The notes under the pieces: model-generated
The model's database searches: none
What the model was told of the DNA's origin: nothing
The model's input: only the letters and a program-made list of their open reading frames with translations
Shown: positions 51,401-60,391 of the stretch, piece by piece
Position numbering within the stretch: the stretch's first letter is position 1
How the letters are laid out: each line of letters opens with the position of its first letter
Source: Bradymonadia bacterium
GTDB lineage: Bacteria; Myxococcota_A; Bradymonadia; UBA7976; UBA1532
Direction of reading: 5' to 3'
Assembly: GCA_046290225.1 (NCBI GenBank)
Contig: JBKAGE010000043.1
Span: 1 to 64,000 of the forward strand
Length of the DNA stretch: 64,000 nucleotides
Position numbers and translations under genes: made by a program

Positions 51401-51564
51401 AACACGATCAGCTCAGGGTCCACCCTGATCTCCGGGAAGTCGGTTTGGGTGAGGTTCCCACCGCCGCCGTCGGAAGAGTCCTCGCACGCAAAGAGCCCAA
51501 AGACTGCCGAGAGGGACAGCAGAAGGGAGAGAAATCCACGGGATACACCGCTGCAGAGCTGCAT
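48472..51564 (-). CDS. Lipoprotein with ~6 choice-of-anchor-D Ig domains and C-terminal vWA domain
   Basis: ATG 51564 after GGAGG; lipobox LFAC; six Ig repeats; VDVLLVVDNSGSM (MIDAS DxSxS), EQGLEA and VVFLSDEDD. Confidence 0.85.
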   Translation of the reverse strand: MQLCSGVSRGFLSLLLSLSAVFGLFACEDSSDGGGGNLTQTDFPEIRVDPELIVFSGISLNETTTRAFTISNVGGAQLAILEMTPSNGLDLREFSFSEFEYPLVLEAGESQEVMVTYTPLNPGEDSGSLVLQSNDPDRPETVVRIQALEAQAELRYAPDRLLFGSVASGSSAVEALQVINLGAVPVDIVDVYLTEETSPDFTLTGDFEARPTLDRENQISYEVLYTPTGLNQDSGDLVIETTDELLPIITIPLRGEEPSPRILVSPESVAFGAVDLGAVTEPATVLVENVGDVPLEIERIYPQPNPPEINGQFQFDLPEGALTIEPGDAVRMTVAYAPQQPGTHLSGIVIQSNDPRAPFASVPVSGRVRRPCISVEPGSIDYGRVALGVEAGPVPVRVVNCGDLPLELSSVAIDGDPNFRFEAADGANVNDPIEPRGLLVLNMFYNNVGLQENQVSVGNMLIENNDPEQPQVDVPLRVVGGGAPTCNLVIVPSPADFGLVSRGGFSIREVEVVNSGTGNCEIRDQTVAPLIPIMFGPPSFAITRPLQGPQVGPGSFNPVEITYTPQVFNSDVYTLNVTYFDPYLMEERVAMGRLVGVSGESDIEVIPERLDFGAVTAGQCASREERVTVYNTGIINICITDIYLDGPGCNEFFVVDRPVANEEGCIEVNRNIPAEVRLQYEPANLGGDECALVFESDASDTQELRVPLTGEGVPDAETSDVFEQVSGREVDVLLVVDNSGSMSEEQQNLRNGIADFLRGADQFRNNFQIGVITTDMTNENQSGKLQGNPRIVTRDADTARLVGNNADVGTGGDGDEQGLEAAQKALSNPLSFDTGIACNNDMDCVAPDMCVGGFCGGHNRGFLRERARLEVVFLSDEDDSSPGTLNFYIDFLKNIKGFRNESLLGTSMIVGADNGRPSDCEGAGGNASAGRRWGEVADRTNGAMYSICDNSFGTSLREIGNRAFGLQRQFFLSRPAVADSLEVTVDGRPVPGAWAYDEESNSVIFNEGQIPTAGSRIQVDYEAECFQRRQ

Positions 51565-51714
51565 CAATCGAACCTCCAGGGGAGAAGCGGCGCAAAACAT
51601 AGCAATGGTGCCCGGAGCCCAACAAGGTGAATACAATTTCACCCTGTCGGCGGGCAGACCAGAGAGAGGAAGTGTGGTGCACTCAGGCACCGGATGGACG
51701 GCGGCATGTGCCGA

Positions 51715-53754
51715 TCAGGGGATGACGTATTCCCGCTCGGTGAGCACCTGGTCTTGTGTGGTGATCTCGGGGCACGTGGGGGCGTCGTCGCACCACGCCA
51801 CGCTGGCGATCCACCACAACACCCGGTTCTCCTGAATGGGCCGGTCCACCCACTCGGCGAAGAGCTCACCTCGAATGAACAAGCGCACCGTTACATAGGA
51901 GAGGTGATCCATTCGCGGGTCCACCTCAGGGTCATTGAACGTGCTCTGGGCCCGGAAGTAGAGGGCGCCGATGTCGTAGGTCACCCCCACCTCGGGGCTG
52001 TCGAGGTTGATGTTCTCCGGGCCTGCACCGTTGGTGTCGTCGATGTCCAGGGTGGGATCATCCGACTGCTGGCCGGGGATGCCCCAGTCAGGCTGCGTGT
52101 TGCGGAAGTACACCGTCCAGTTGTTGCCTTCCTGGCCCCAACGGCCCTCAGCGTTCTGATGGCGCAGGTGCAAGTCGATGTCGGTGCCGATGTCGTCGGT
52201 CTCGTCGGGATCGTCGGGGGTGGACCACACCATCTGGATGTGCATGTCCCGCTCGGGGATCGCCAGGATGCTCAAGGTGGCCACCGGGGGATCACAGCTG
52301 GCCTGGCCGAGAGCGTCGATGACGCGCAGCTCCAAGGTGTACTCCCCGGCGAGGTCGACGAAGAACAGCGCCTGCGGCGTGGTGTCGTCGTCATCTGGGC
52401 CGCCATCTGCAGGACGGGTGGGGTTCTCGTACGACTCCACAGGCTCGCTCACGCTGCCGTCGGGGCGGGAGACCACCGTCCATTGCCAGCGGCGGACCTC
52501 GCCGTCGGGATCCGTCGACGCCGCACCATCGAGGGTGATGATGTCGAGGGGAGCTACGTTGATCGACTCCTGCCGCACCACGGGGATCGGACAGGCGTTG
52601 TCCACGCCACGGCCGAAGAGGTCGATGCGTAGCGGGCTGGGATCGCCGTTGCTGTAAATGAGCAGAGCGCCGCCGTAGCCGGTGAGCTCCGTGGGCCAGA
52701 AACCCACCTCCACCAGTTGAGCAGGGAAGTTGCCGTCGGGCCCTGCGGCTGCGAGCTCGAACAAGGTGCCGTCTTCAGCGGGCTCGAACTCCGAGAGCAC
52801 CCGGAACACGCCATCTGCCCCTTCGATCTCCATGCGGCTCACCTTGAGCGGGGTGGTGCCACAGCTCTCGATGCTCACCGAGCGCCGGTTGAAGGTCTCG
52901 GCGTCGAGGCTCTCCACCAACAGGGCGGATCCGAAGTCCAGGGTGTCGGGGAGGGCCTGAATACAGGCGGCGGCACCATTCGCCCTCAGCACCACCGTCG
53001 CCACTGGCTCCACGGCGTCGTTCGACTCGACGAGCAGCTCACCGGCGTCGGGGCCCAGGGTGGGGGGAGAGTAGGTCACCGTGATGGTCTCGGAGGCCAG
53101 AGGCTCGAGCACCAGAGGATCATCAGAGAGATCACCAATGATGTCGCGATCACCGAGGCGAGCCCCAAAGTCGGCGCTGCCGTTGATGGACAGTCGCGTC
53201 ACCGTGAGTACGCCGGTGCCGGCGTTGGAGATCGTGAGCTCCTGCTCCCCCGTCTGGTTCGCCTCCACCTGACCGAAGTCCACGGTGCGCGGCGTCAGCC
53301 TGATCTCAGCGCCGGACTCGCCGGCGATGATGGGCAGGACGACGTTGCCCCGCTCCGGATCGTTGGTCCGCAGGGTGATGCTGCCAGAGTCCACCACCTC
53401 GTCTTCGGCGGAGTAGGTGACGATGAGGTTCATCGACTCGGCCTGCCCTGGGGCAAGCTCGATGACACCACCGGGCGGGGGCTCGGCGCCGTTGCCCCGG
53501 TCCACCTCCAAGCGGAACTCACCGGCAGACGAGTCGTCGACGAGGGTGATGTCGGCCATCTGCAGCGGCGCGGAGCCAGGGTTGGTCACCGTGATCTCGA
53601 GGACTCGGGTCTCTCCTGCGGCGAGCCGCGGAAAAGAGAACGAGTCGGGTGAGGCGCTGAACTCGGGGGTGTCACCGGCCTCGATGCTGCTGTCACACCC
53701 CGAGAAGAGGGTGGCCAGCGCGCCGAGCAGGCTCAAAACAATCAATCGTTGCAC
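51715..53754 (-). CDS. Lipoprotein: 3 choice-of-anchor-D Ig + PKD-like + YfaP-like domain
   Basis: GTG 53754 after GGAG; lipobox FSGC; LDGAASTDPDG..W.W (PKD-like); DIDLHL...LDIDDTNGAGPENINL (YfaP-like). Confidence 0.8.
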   Translation of the reverse strand: MQRLIVLSLLGALATLFSGCDSSIEAGDTPEFSASPDSFSFPRLAAGETRVLEITVTNPGSAPLQMADITLVDDSSAGEFRLEVDRGNGAEPPPGGVIELAPGQAESMNLIVTYSAEDEVVDSGSITLRTNDPERGNVVLPIIAGESGAEIRLTPRTVDFGQVEANQTGEQELTISNAGTGVLTVTRLSINGSADFGARLGDRDIIGDLSDDPLVLEPLASETITVTYSPPTLGPDAGELLVESNDAVEPVATVVLRANGAAACIQALPDTLDFGSALLVESLDAETFNRRSVSIESCGTTPLKVSRMEIEGADGVFRVLSEFEPAEDGTLFELAAAGPDGNFPAQLVEVGFWPTELTGYGGALLIYSNGDPSPLRIDLFGRGVDNACPIPVVRQESINVAPLDIITLDGAASTDPDGEVRRWQWTVVSRPDGSVSEPVESYENPTRPADGGPDDDDTTPQALFFVDLAGEYTLELRVIDALGQASCDPPVATLSILAIPERDMHIQMVWSTPDDPDETDDIGTDIDLHLRHQNAEGRWGQEGNNWTVYFRNTQPDWGIPGQQSDDPTLDIDDTNGAGPENINLDSPEVGVTYDIGALYFRAQSTFNDPEVDPRMDHLSYVTVRLFIRGELFAEWVDRPIQENRVLWWIASVAWCDDAPTCPEITTQDQVLTEREYVIP

Positions 53755-53871
53755 GTTCAAGACTCCAGGTGTGCTGGAAGGATGATGCATTGGCCGGGGT
53801 CGGCGCGACCGAAGGCAGGATTAAATTCCGAATGAGTGAACTTGGGGGGCAGGGGCGGGGGGCGCTCCGGA

Positions 53872-55947
53872 TCAGGGGCGCTGGTCGTAGTAGCGGTCGG
53901 CGGTCTCAACCGTGCCGCCCTCGGGGCCCCACTGAATGCGGGCGGCGTCCCAGAAGTGGTCTGCTGCCTGCATCTCCTTCTCGTTCCCGTCGAAGTCCCA
54001 GGCCAGCTCACCCTGAATGAAGATGCGCAGCCGGGCGAAAGAGGCACCGTACTCGAAGTCACCGAGCAGGTCGTTGCTGCGGTAGTAGTGCACACCCACG
54101 AGGTAGGGGGCGCCGAGCAGGGTGGTGTTCTCGGGGTTGTTCAGGTTGATGTTCTCCGGGCCGGAGCCATTGGCGTCGTCCACGTCGAGGACCGGGTTGT
54201 CCGAGGGATCGTCGTTCACGCCCCAGTCGGGCTTGCTGTTCTCGTAGTAGCAGTCGAAGGGCGCCGCGAACCAGCCGTCGGCGAAGGGGTGCACGAGGTG
54301 CAGGTCGAGGTCGGTGCCCCGGCCGTCGGTCTCGTCAGGATCTTCAGGGGTACGCCAGGTCAGCTGCACCAGGATGTCTTCCTGAGGCTCGGCGACGATG
54401 GTCATGCGGCCGGAGGTCTGGCACTGGTCCGAGGACAGCCCGAGGTTGTCGGTGACCCGCAGCTCCACCACGTAGGTCCCAGCGACGTCGATCCAGAGCT
54501 GGGCGAAGGGGGTGGTGGGGTTCTGAGCCGGGCCCATGGAAGGATCAGCGGGGCTGAGTCGATCAGAGGGCTGGCTCACCGAGCCCTCGGGGCGGGAGAC
54601 CACCACCCACTCGTAGAAGGCCGGCTGGCCGCTGGGGCTGTCCTGGTCGATGGAGGGGGAGCCATCGAGGAGCACCACGTCGAGGGGGGAGACGAACAGC
54701 TCGTTCTGCGCGGGGATGGCCTGAGGGCAGGCGTTGGAGACGCCGCGACCCAGAAGGCTGATCTCCTTGATGGGATCAAAGGGATCGTTGGTCTCCACCA
54801 GGATCACGCCGTTGTGTACGCGCTCTTCGAGGGGGCTGAAGTTCACCTGCAGGGTGCGGGAGGTCCGGGAGCCGTCGTCGGCCACAGGGGGCAGAATCTC
54901 CGGCAGGCCACCGGCGAAGGTCTCGTCGAAGACCGCGGTGTCGAGCTCGAAGGCCTCGTCGGCCCCAGCGTCGAGGTTCACGCTGATGATCTCGAGGGGC
55001 TGGGTGCCGCAGCTCTCCAGGGTGAAAGAGCGGCTGTCGGTGCGGTTCACCAAGCTGGTGCGGAACTCCACTGCTGAGGGCACGGCCTCGAGGCAGGGGA
55101 TGGCGCCGTTGGCCCGCAGGTCGATGGAGACAAGGGGTTGAATGGGATCGTTGCTCACGATCTGGATCTCACCGGCGTCGGGACCCTCGGTCACCGGCGC
55201 GTACTTCACCTTGAGGATGACGGACGCACCAGGGGACAACCCGGGCTCGCCATCTTGATCGGGATCCTCAAGCAGCTCGGTGAACTGACGGATGTCCCGG
55301 TCGAGGAGCAGGGGGGTGAAGTCAGGGGAGCCAGCAGAGCGGATGTCGGAGATGAGCAGGGGCAGCTGACCGCGGTTGCTGATCGAGGCCTCAAGGATCT
55401 TCTCCTGGCCGGCGTCGACGCGCTCGAAGTCGAGGCTGAGGGGGTTGACGCCGATCTCGGGGATGGCGTCGCTGGTGACGACGGGGATGGTCACCGCGGA
55501 GTTGGCGAGGTTGGTCTGAAGCACGATGTCGCCGACGTCGCGATCTTCGTCCGTGGGGGTGTAGACCAGCTTCAAGCGCAGTCGCTCGTCGGTCTGCAGG
55601 GCGATGCGCTCAGTGAGGCTGCTCTGCTCGGCGCCGTCGGGCCCGATGAAGGAGAAGACGAACTCGCCGTTGAGGTTCACGTTGATGCCCTCGATGATCA
55701 GCGCGCCGTCACCGATGGACACCACCTCCACTTCCTGGGTGACGCTGTCGTCGATGTTCACTCTTGGGAAAGTGAACTCACCAGGGTTGATGTCGATCTC
55801 AGGGGTGGTCCCCGACGTGATGGTCTCGCCACAGCCGATGCCGACCATGGCTGCTGCGAGTACCGCGAGGCCAAACCAGGCAATCGGCGCCCGCTGAGAA
55901 GAAGGCTGGGACGAGGACTGGCCAGTGGCGGGTCCGGAACGGAGCAT
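53872..55947 (-). CDS. Lipoprotein: 3 choice-of-anchor-D Ig + PKD-like + YfaP-like domain (paralogue of 51715..53754)
   Basis: ATG 55947 after GAGGGGG; lipobox GIGC; LDGSPSIDQD..YEW; DLDLHL...LDVDDANGSGPENINL. Confidence 0.8.
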   Translation of the reverse strand: MLRSGPATGQSSSQPSSQRAPIAWFGLAVLAAAMVGIGCGETITSGTTPEIDINPGEFTFPRVNIDDSVTQEVEVVSIGDGALIIEGINVNLNGEFVFSFIGPDGAEQSSLTERIALQTDERLRLKLVYTPTDEDRDVGDIVLQTNLANSAVTIPVVTSDAIPEIGVNPLSLDFERVDAGQEKILEASISNRGQLPLLISDIRSAGSPDFTPLLLDRDIRQFTELLEDPDQDGEPGLSPGASVILKVKYAPVTEGPDAGEIQIVSNDPIQPLVSIDLRANGAIPCLEAVPSAVEFRTSLVNRTDSRSFTLESCGTQPLEIISVNLDAGADEAFELDTAVFDETFAGGLPEILPPVADDGSRTSRTLQVNFSPLEERVHNGVILVETNDPFDPIKEISLLGRGVSNACPQAIPAQNELFVSPLDVVLLDGSPSIDQDSPSGQPAFYEWVVVSRPEGSVSQPSDRLSPADPSMGPAQNPTTPFAQLWIDVAGTYVVELRVTDNLGLSSDQCQTSGRMTIVAEPQEDILVQLTWRTPEDPDETDGRGTDLDLHLVHPFADGWFAAPFDCYYENSKPDWGVNDDPSDNPVLDVDDANGSGPENINLNNPENTTLLGAPYLVGVHYYRSNDLLGDFEYGASFARLRIFIQGELAWDFDGNEKEMQAADHFWDAARIQWGPEGGTVETADRYYDQRP

Positions 55948-56044
55948 GAGATCCCCCTCATACGGTGGGTGAGCGCAAGGCGCAGGACACAGACGCACTA
56001 TTGCGCATTACGGCCATCATTCGGAAGACGCCAGAACACCCCAC

Positions 56045-56062
56045 AGTGAAATTTTTTTCACT
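56045..56062. promoter_or_regulatory. AT-rich palindrome, candidate transcription-factor site in the divergent promoter region
   Basis: AGTGAAA-TTTT-TTTCACT, perfect 7-bp arms, conspicuous in GC-rich DNA. Confidence 0.4.
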
Positions 56063-56215
56063 CGGTGTGCTCGGGAACCTGCCTTTGTAATCCATGGCCG
56101 CGCAAGGCACGTGGGCGCAAGCCTATTCAAGGCGTGCGAGTAGAGTCAAATCGGGCGCCAAGTGTCACTTTGTGAACAAATTTGCCCTGGGCACGACACC
56201 CCATAAGGAGCCACG

Positions 56216-56245
56216 TTGACACTCAAGTAGGGCACATGCTAGCAA
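56216..56245 (+). promoter_or_regulatory. Possible sigma70 promoter of the glt-like operon
   Basis: TTGACA-N18-TAGCAA with TG immediately upstream (extended -10-like), about 115 nt before the vWA gene. Confidence 0.35.
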
Positions 56246-56359
56246 GGCGCGTTCGCTCAGCCGGGTGGCCCTACCCAAGACCCAAGGCGCCTCCAGCACC
56301 TGGGAGAAAACCCTGTGCGATTTGTATCCCCGCGCCGAGCGATTCTCGGAGGAAATATC

Positions 56360-57598
56360 TTGAGAAACAGCATGCGAACGCTCGCCACCCCCATGTTGGT
56401 GGCAGCCGTTGCGGCATCGGCGGCGTGTGACGCCACCGTCGCCCTGGACACGACGCGCCCGACCTTCACTCGGATCCTCTCCGCCGGCGCATGCGCCACC
56501 GCGGACAACCTCTCCGAGTTCGATCACTCCGTGCTCCTCCTCAACAAGGATCAGTTCATCCTGCCCAACCAGCGTCTGCGCAACGAGCGCCAGCCGCTGT
56601 CTGAGGTGATCGAGGCTGGAGACTTCGACTACAACTGTCCCGTGGAGCGCGCCTCCTGCGGTGACGGTGAGGGCGCCGCTCAGTCCGCCAGCAACCCCAC
56701 CGATCAGCAGGTCAACCTGCTGGTCGAAGAGGTGGAGTTCCGCTGGTCCGGCGGCGAAGAGCGCCAGAGCGACGAGCGCCTCGTCATCTTGATGATGGAC
56801 AACTCGGTGAGCCTCATCGGTGGCGATCCGCAGTCGCCCACCATCGACACCAACCGGGCCTCCGACCCCAACCGCGAGCGCATCACGTTCTTCCGCGAGC
56901 TGGTGAGCGACTTCCCCACCGAGAGCAGCAACGGCACCGGTGAGGTGAAGACCTGGGTGTCGGTGATGAAGTTCGACAGCCTGCCCATCATCGAGTCCGA
57001 CTGCGCGTCGCCCTCGGTGAGCCGGGACGTCACCAACGACTGTCTCAACAAGTACAGCCGTGGCGAGGATGGCCCCACCAACATGTGGGACGCCCTCAAC
57101 GACGTCTACACCAAGATCATCACCAGCGATGCCGCCGACGGCCTCAACCCCACGGTGATCCTCTTCACCGACGGCAACGAGGGCAACGACGCCTCGGCGA
57201 CCAGCATGGCCGACGCCATGCGCCCCTACATCGACAACCAGATCCCAGTGCTCGTCGTGCAGCTCCAGCCGCCTCGCCTCGCCGGCGACGATCGGCAGGG
57301 CCGCACCGCCGACCTCGTCGACTTCGCGTGCGAGACGTCGGGCCAGCACTTCTTCCTCGAGCGCCCCAACGAGTTCAGCGCCCGCCGCGACTTGCGCGTC
57401 ATTCTGCGCAACCGCGTCGCCGGCGCCTGGAACCTCCGGGTGCGTTCTACTCTGGGCAGCAACGACCGATTCCCCGCGGGCAACGAGTTCTTCCTGTCGA
57501 CCGAGCTGAGCGGCACTGTGGCCGACATCACGCGAGCGGTCGAGATGTCCCGATCCACCGACACCCTGATCGACAACCGTCTCTGGTTTAACAAGTGA
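56360..57598 (+). CDS. vWA-domain lipoprotein, CglB-like gliding adhesin candidate
   Basis: TTG 56360 after GGAGGA (alternative ATG 56372); lipobox-like SAAC; MIDAS DNSVS...GPTNMWDAL...LFTDG; ~410 aa; first gene before the OM barrel and GltC/D-like genes. Confidence 0.7.
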   Translation: MRNSMRTLATPMLVAAVAASAACDATVALDTTRPTFTRILSAGACATADNLSEFDHSVLLLNKDQFILPNQRLRNERQPLSEVIEAGDFDYNCPVERASCGDGEGAAQSASNPTDQQVNLLVEEVEFRWSGGEERQSDERLVILMMDNSVSLIGGDPQSPTIDTNRASDPNRERITFFRELVSDFPTESSNGTGEVKTWVSVMKFDSLPIIESDCASPSVSRDVTNDCLNKYSRGEDGPTNMWDALNDVYTKIITSDAADGLNPTVILFTDGNEGNDASATSMADAMRPYIDNQIPVLVVQLQPPRLAGDDRQGRTADLVDFACETSGQHFFLERPNEFSARRDLRVILRNRVAGAWNLRVRSTLGSNDRFPAGNEFFLSTELSGTVADITRAVEMSRSTDTLIDNRLWFNK

Positions 57599-57636
57599 TG
57601 GTTGCACGACCTGGCACGGGCCAAGGCGAGATAAGC

Positions 57637-58437
57637 ATGAGGCGAATGATTCTTTGGGCGCTTGCAGCGCTGTGGTGCACCGGACCGGCTTACGCCCAGG
57701 AAACCGACACCGAGACCGCAACTGAAGAGGCTGGCGAGGCCGCCGCTGAGGAGACTTCTGGCGAAGCGAGCAGCGCCGCCGAAGCCGACTCGAGCGACAA
57801 CGCCACCGCAGGGCAGAAGGCCATCGACGAAGATGCCAAGCTGTTCTGGGCCGAGCGCAGAAAGGTGAACATCGTTCAGCGCCGCCTCTTCGAGAAAGAC
57901 GGCAAGCTCGAGCTGACCCCCTACTTCGGCGTCGTGCCCAACGACGACTTCATCGTGTACTACCCGATGGGTCTCCGGGCGGGCTACCACTTCTCCGAGG
58001 CCTTCGCTGTCGAGGCGTCCTTCGCCTACGCTTCGGAGTCCAACTCCGACCTCGCCGACTTCCTCGAGAACGAGATCGGGCTCAACCGCGCCCAGCTGCG
58101 TCAGATCGTGAAGATGTACTACAACGTCAACCTGTTGTGGTCCCCCATCTACGGCAAGATCAGCTTCCTCGGTCAGAAGCTCACCCACTTCGATCTCTAC
58201 GTGGGCATCGGCGCCGGGAACACCCACCTGGACGAGTTCACCGAGCTCAACCCCGAGCCCAACAACAAGACCGACAACTTCGGCGGTAACTACATCGTCG
58301 GTTTCCGTTGGTACCTCACCGATCTGATCAACGTTCGCACCGACTTCCGCCACTACTTCTTCCCCAAGGTGGGCGGAGGGATCTCGAAGCTGACCGAGAT
58401 CACTGGCGGTGTTGGCATCCTGTTTGACGCGTTCTGA
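57637..58437 (+). CDS. Outer-membrane beta-barrel, GltA/GltB-like (TIGR04565 type)
   Basis: Signal peptide AYA; IVQRRLFEKDGKLELTP...NDDF, GYHFSEAFAVE and WSPIYGKIS..HFDLY; terminal Phe. Confidence 0.85.
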   Translation: MRRMILWALAALWCTGPAYAQETDTETATEEAGEAAAEETSGEASSAAEADSSDNATAGQKAIDEDAKLFWAERRKVNIVQRRLFEKDGKLELTPYFGVVPNDDFIVYYPMGLRAGYHFSEAFAVEASFAYASESNSDLADFLENEIGLNRAQLRQIVKMYYNVNLLWSPIYGKISFLGQKLTHFDLYVGIGAGNTHLDEFTELNPEPNNKTDNFGGNYIVGFRWYLTDLINVRTDFRHYFFPKVGGGISKLTEITGGVGILFDAF

Positions 58438-58450
58438 GGAGTCGCCCCTT

Positions 58451-60391
58451 ATGCCTGCCCATCGATATGCACGAGGGCGACGCATGAAGCGGTGGTTGAC
58501 CACCGCCGCATTGTGGCTCGCCCTCACCGGGGTGGCACACGCCATCTCAGTTGACAACGTCATCAGCATGCACCAGTCGGGGCTGCCCCCCGACGTGATC
58601 ATGCAGACGCTGAAGAGCACCAACTCCAGCTTCAACCTCACCACCGACGATCTCGCCAAGCTCGAGAAGGCCGGTGTGCCCAAGCAGGTCATCGAAGCGA
58701 TGATGACTGCCGGTGGCAGCGGTGACGTGGCGCCGGCTCCCGAGCCTGCCCCCGAGCCCGAGGTCGATCCGCTCGAGAAGATGCGTCAGGAAGAAGAAGA
58801 CGCCAAGGCCAAGACTGAGGAGCAGCTCCGCCTCGAGGCCGCGCGCCAGCGCGCCGAGGAAGAGGAGAAGCGCCGCATCGAGGCCGAGCGCAAGCGTCGG
58901 ATCTCCCTGGCACTCGGCGCCGCCAAGGAAGCCTTTGAAGACGGCAACTACCGTAAGGCCGCCCAGCTCTACGACGAGTTCCTCCAGTCCCAGGAAGATC
59001 CGGCGAAGCCCAGCGCTCGCCAGGCTGCTCTGGGTCTCGCCGACTCGCTGTTCCGCCTGGGCCTCTACGGCAACGCCGCGGAGATCTACCAGACCCTGCT
59101 CGGCTATGGCCCGGAGACCGACGTCTTCGAGCCCGCCTTCATGGGGCTGCGCAAGGCCACCAAAGAGATCTCCTACAACCCTGTGACCCTCGAGTCGCTC
59201 ACCGCCCACTTCGTCGGCGGCTTCGACCAGAAGTTCCAGGACGCCTACAACTACTTCCTGGGCAAGTTCTTCTTCGACTACAACCGGTACGAAGAGGCAC
59301 GCACCTACCTGCCCGAGGTCTCCGAGGGCTCAGAAGACTACGCTGGTGCTCAGTACCTGCAGGGTCTGATGATCGTCATGGAGGCCGACGAAGAGGCCGT
59401 CGAAGAGGACAAGTACAAGACCCTCATCGGCGCCTCGGGCAACTTCGAGGGTGCCGCCCGAGCCGGCCTCGCCCGAGGCGACGAGCGCATCGCGCATCTG
59501 TCGTACCTCGCTCTGGGTCGGATCGCCTACACCATCGGCATCAACGACGTGGCCATCTACTACTACCGTAAGGTGCCCACGACCTCGACGAACTACGTCG
59601 ACGCCCTCTACGAGTCTGCGTGGTCGTACTTCCTCAAGGGTGACATCAGCCGTGGTATGGGCCTGTTCCACACCCTCGACGGCCCCGACTGGGAGAGCTA
59701 CTTCCTCCCCGACACCCACTTGCTCGAGGCGGCGGCGTTCATGAACACCTGCCACTTCGACTACGCCTACGATGCCATCAACCGCATCGAGAAGAAGTAC
59801 CTGGCGCTGAGCAAGCCGATCCAGAACTACCTGGCGGAATACGCCGAGCCCGAAGCCCTCTATGAGGCCTTCGTCGAGGGCAAGGTCCGTCGGGGGGTCG
59901 ATCTGCCCCGTCTGGTGCGTCTCGCCGTGATCTCCAACGTCGAGTTCTACGATCGGTACACCACCGTCATCAGCCTCCGCGACGAGGTGGCCGCCATCAA
60001 GGCTGGCTACGGTGACTTCGGTGGCGATCTCGCCGGCCGCCTCCTCGAGACCGTCGAGGGCCAGGCCAAAGAGGGTCGCATCGCGCTGGGCATCAAGATC
60101 AACCAGCTGCTTCAGGCCCTCGACGGGCAGATGACCGATCTCGAGGTGCAGGCCGCCGAGATCCGCATCGAGATCGACGAGCTCGCCGCGACCGAGCTCG
60201 CCGAAGACATCGAGTCTGACTACCAGGGCACTGAAGACGAGCAAGCCGCCCAAGATGCTGTGGCTGCTGAGCGGGCCGCCTCTGTCTTCATCGGCAACCA
60301 GTACCTGCGTTGGCCCTTCGAGGGCGAGTACTGGGCCGACGAGGTCAACAGCTACCGCAGCGAACTCAACGACAGGTGTGCCAAGAAATGA
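58451..60391 (+). CDS. gltC: Gliding-motility TPR protein GltC-like
   Basis: Signal peptide; TPRs; ALYESAWSYF..G....MG..HTL..P; C-terminal WPFEGEYWADEV..YR.....C signature; alternative ATG 58484. Confidence 0.8.
   Translation: MPAHRYARGRRMKRWLTTAALWLALTGVAHAISVDNVISMHQSGLPPDVIMQTLKSTNSSFNLTTDDLAKLEKAGVPKQVIEAMMTAGGSGDVAPAPEPAPEPEVDPLEKMRQEEEDAKAKTEEQLRLEAARQRAEEEEKRRIEAERKRRISLALGAAKEAFEDGNYRKAAQLYDEFLQSQEDPAKPSARQAALGLADSLFRLGLYGNAAEIYQTLLGYGPETDVFEPAFMGLRKATKEISYNPVTLESLTAHFVGGFDQKFQDAYNYFLGKFFFDYNRYEEARTYLPEVSEGSEDYAGAQYLQGLMIVMEADEEAVEEDKYKTLIGASGNFEGAARAGLARGDERIAHLSYLALGRIAYTIGINDVAIYYYRKVPTTSTNYVDALYESAWSYFLKGDISRGMGLFHTLDGPDWESYFLPDTHLLEAAAFMNTCHFDYAYDAINRIEKKYLALSKPIQNYLAEYAEPEALYEAFVEGKVRRGVDLPRLVRLAVISNVEFYDRYTTVISLRDEVAAIKAGYGDFGGDLAGRLLETVEGQAKEGRIALGIKINQLLQALDGQMTDLEVQAAEIRIEIDELAATELAEDIESDYQGTEDEQAAQDAVAAERAASVFIGNQYLRWPFEGEYWADEVNSYRSELNDRCAKK

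Noticed and set aside
56163..56177. TGTC-N8-AAC match to the MrpC consensus TGTYN8RAC
   Set aside because: The motif is too degenerate; many chance matches are expected in 64 kb.
57611..57628. CTGGCACG as a sigma54 -24 box
   Set aside because: No GC at the required -12 spacing, and it lies in a 38-nt intra-operon gap.
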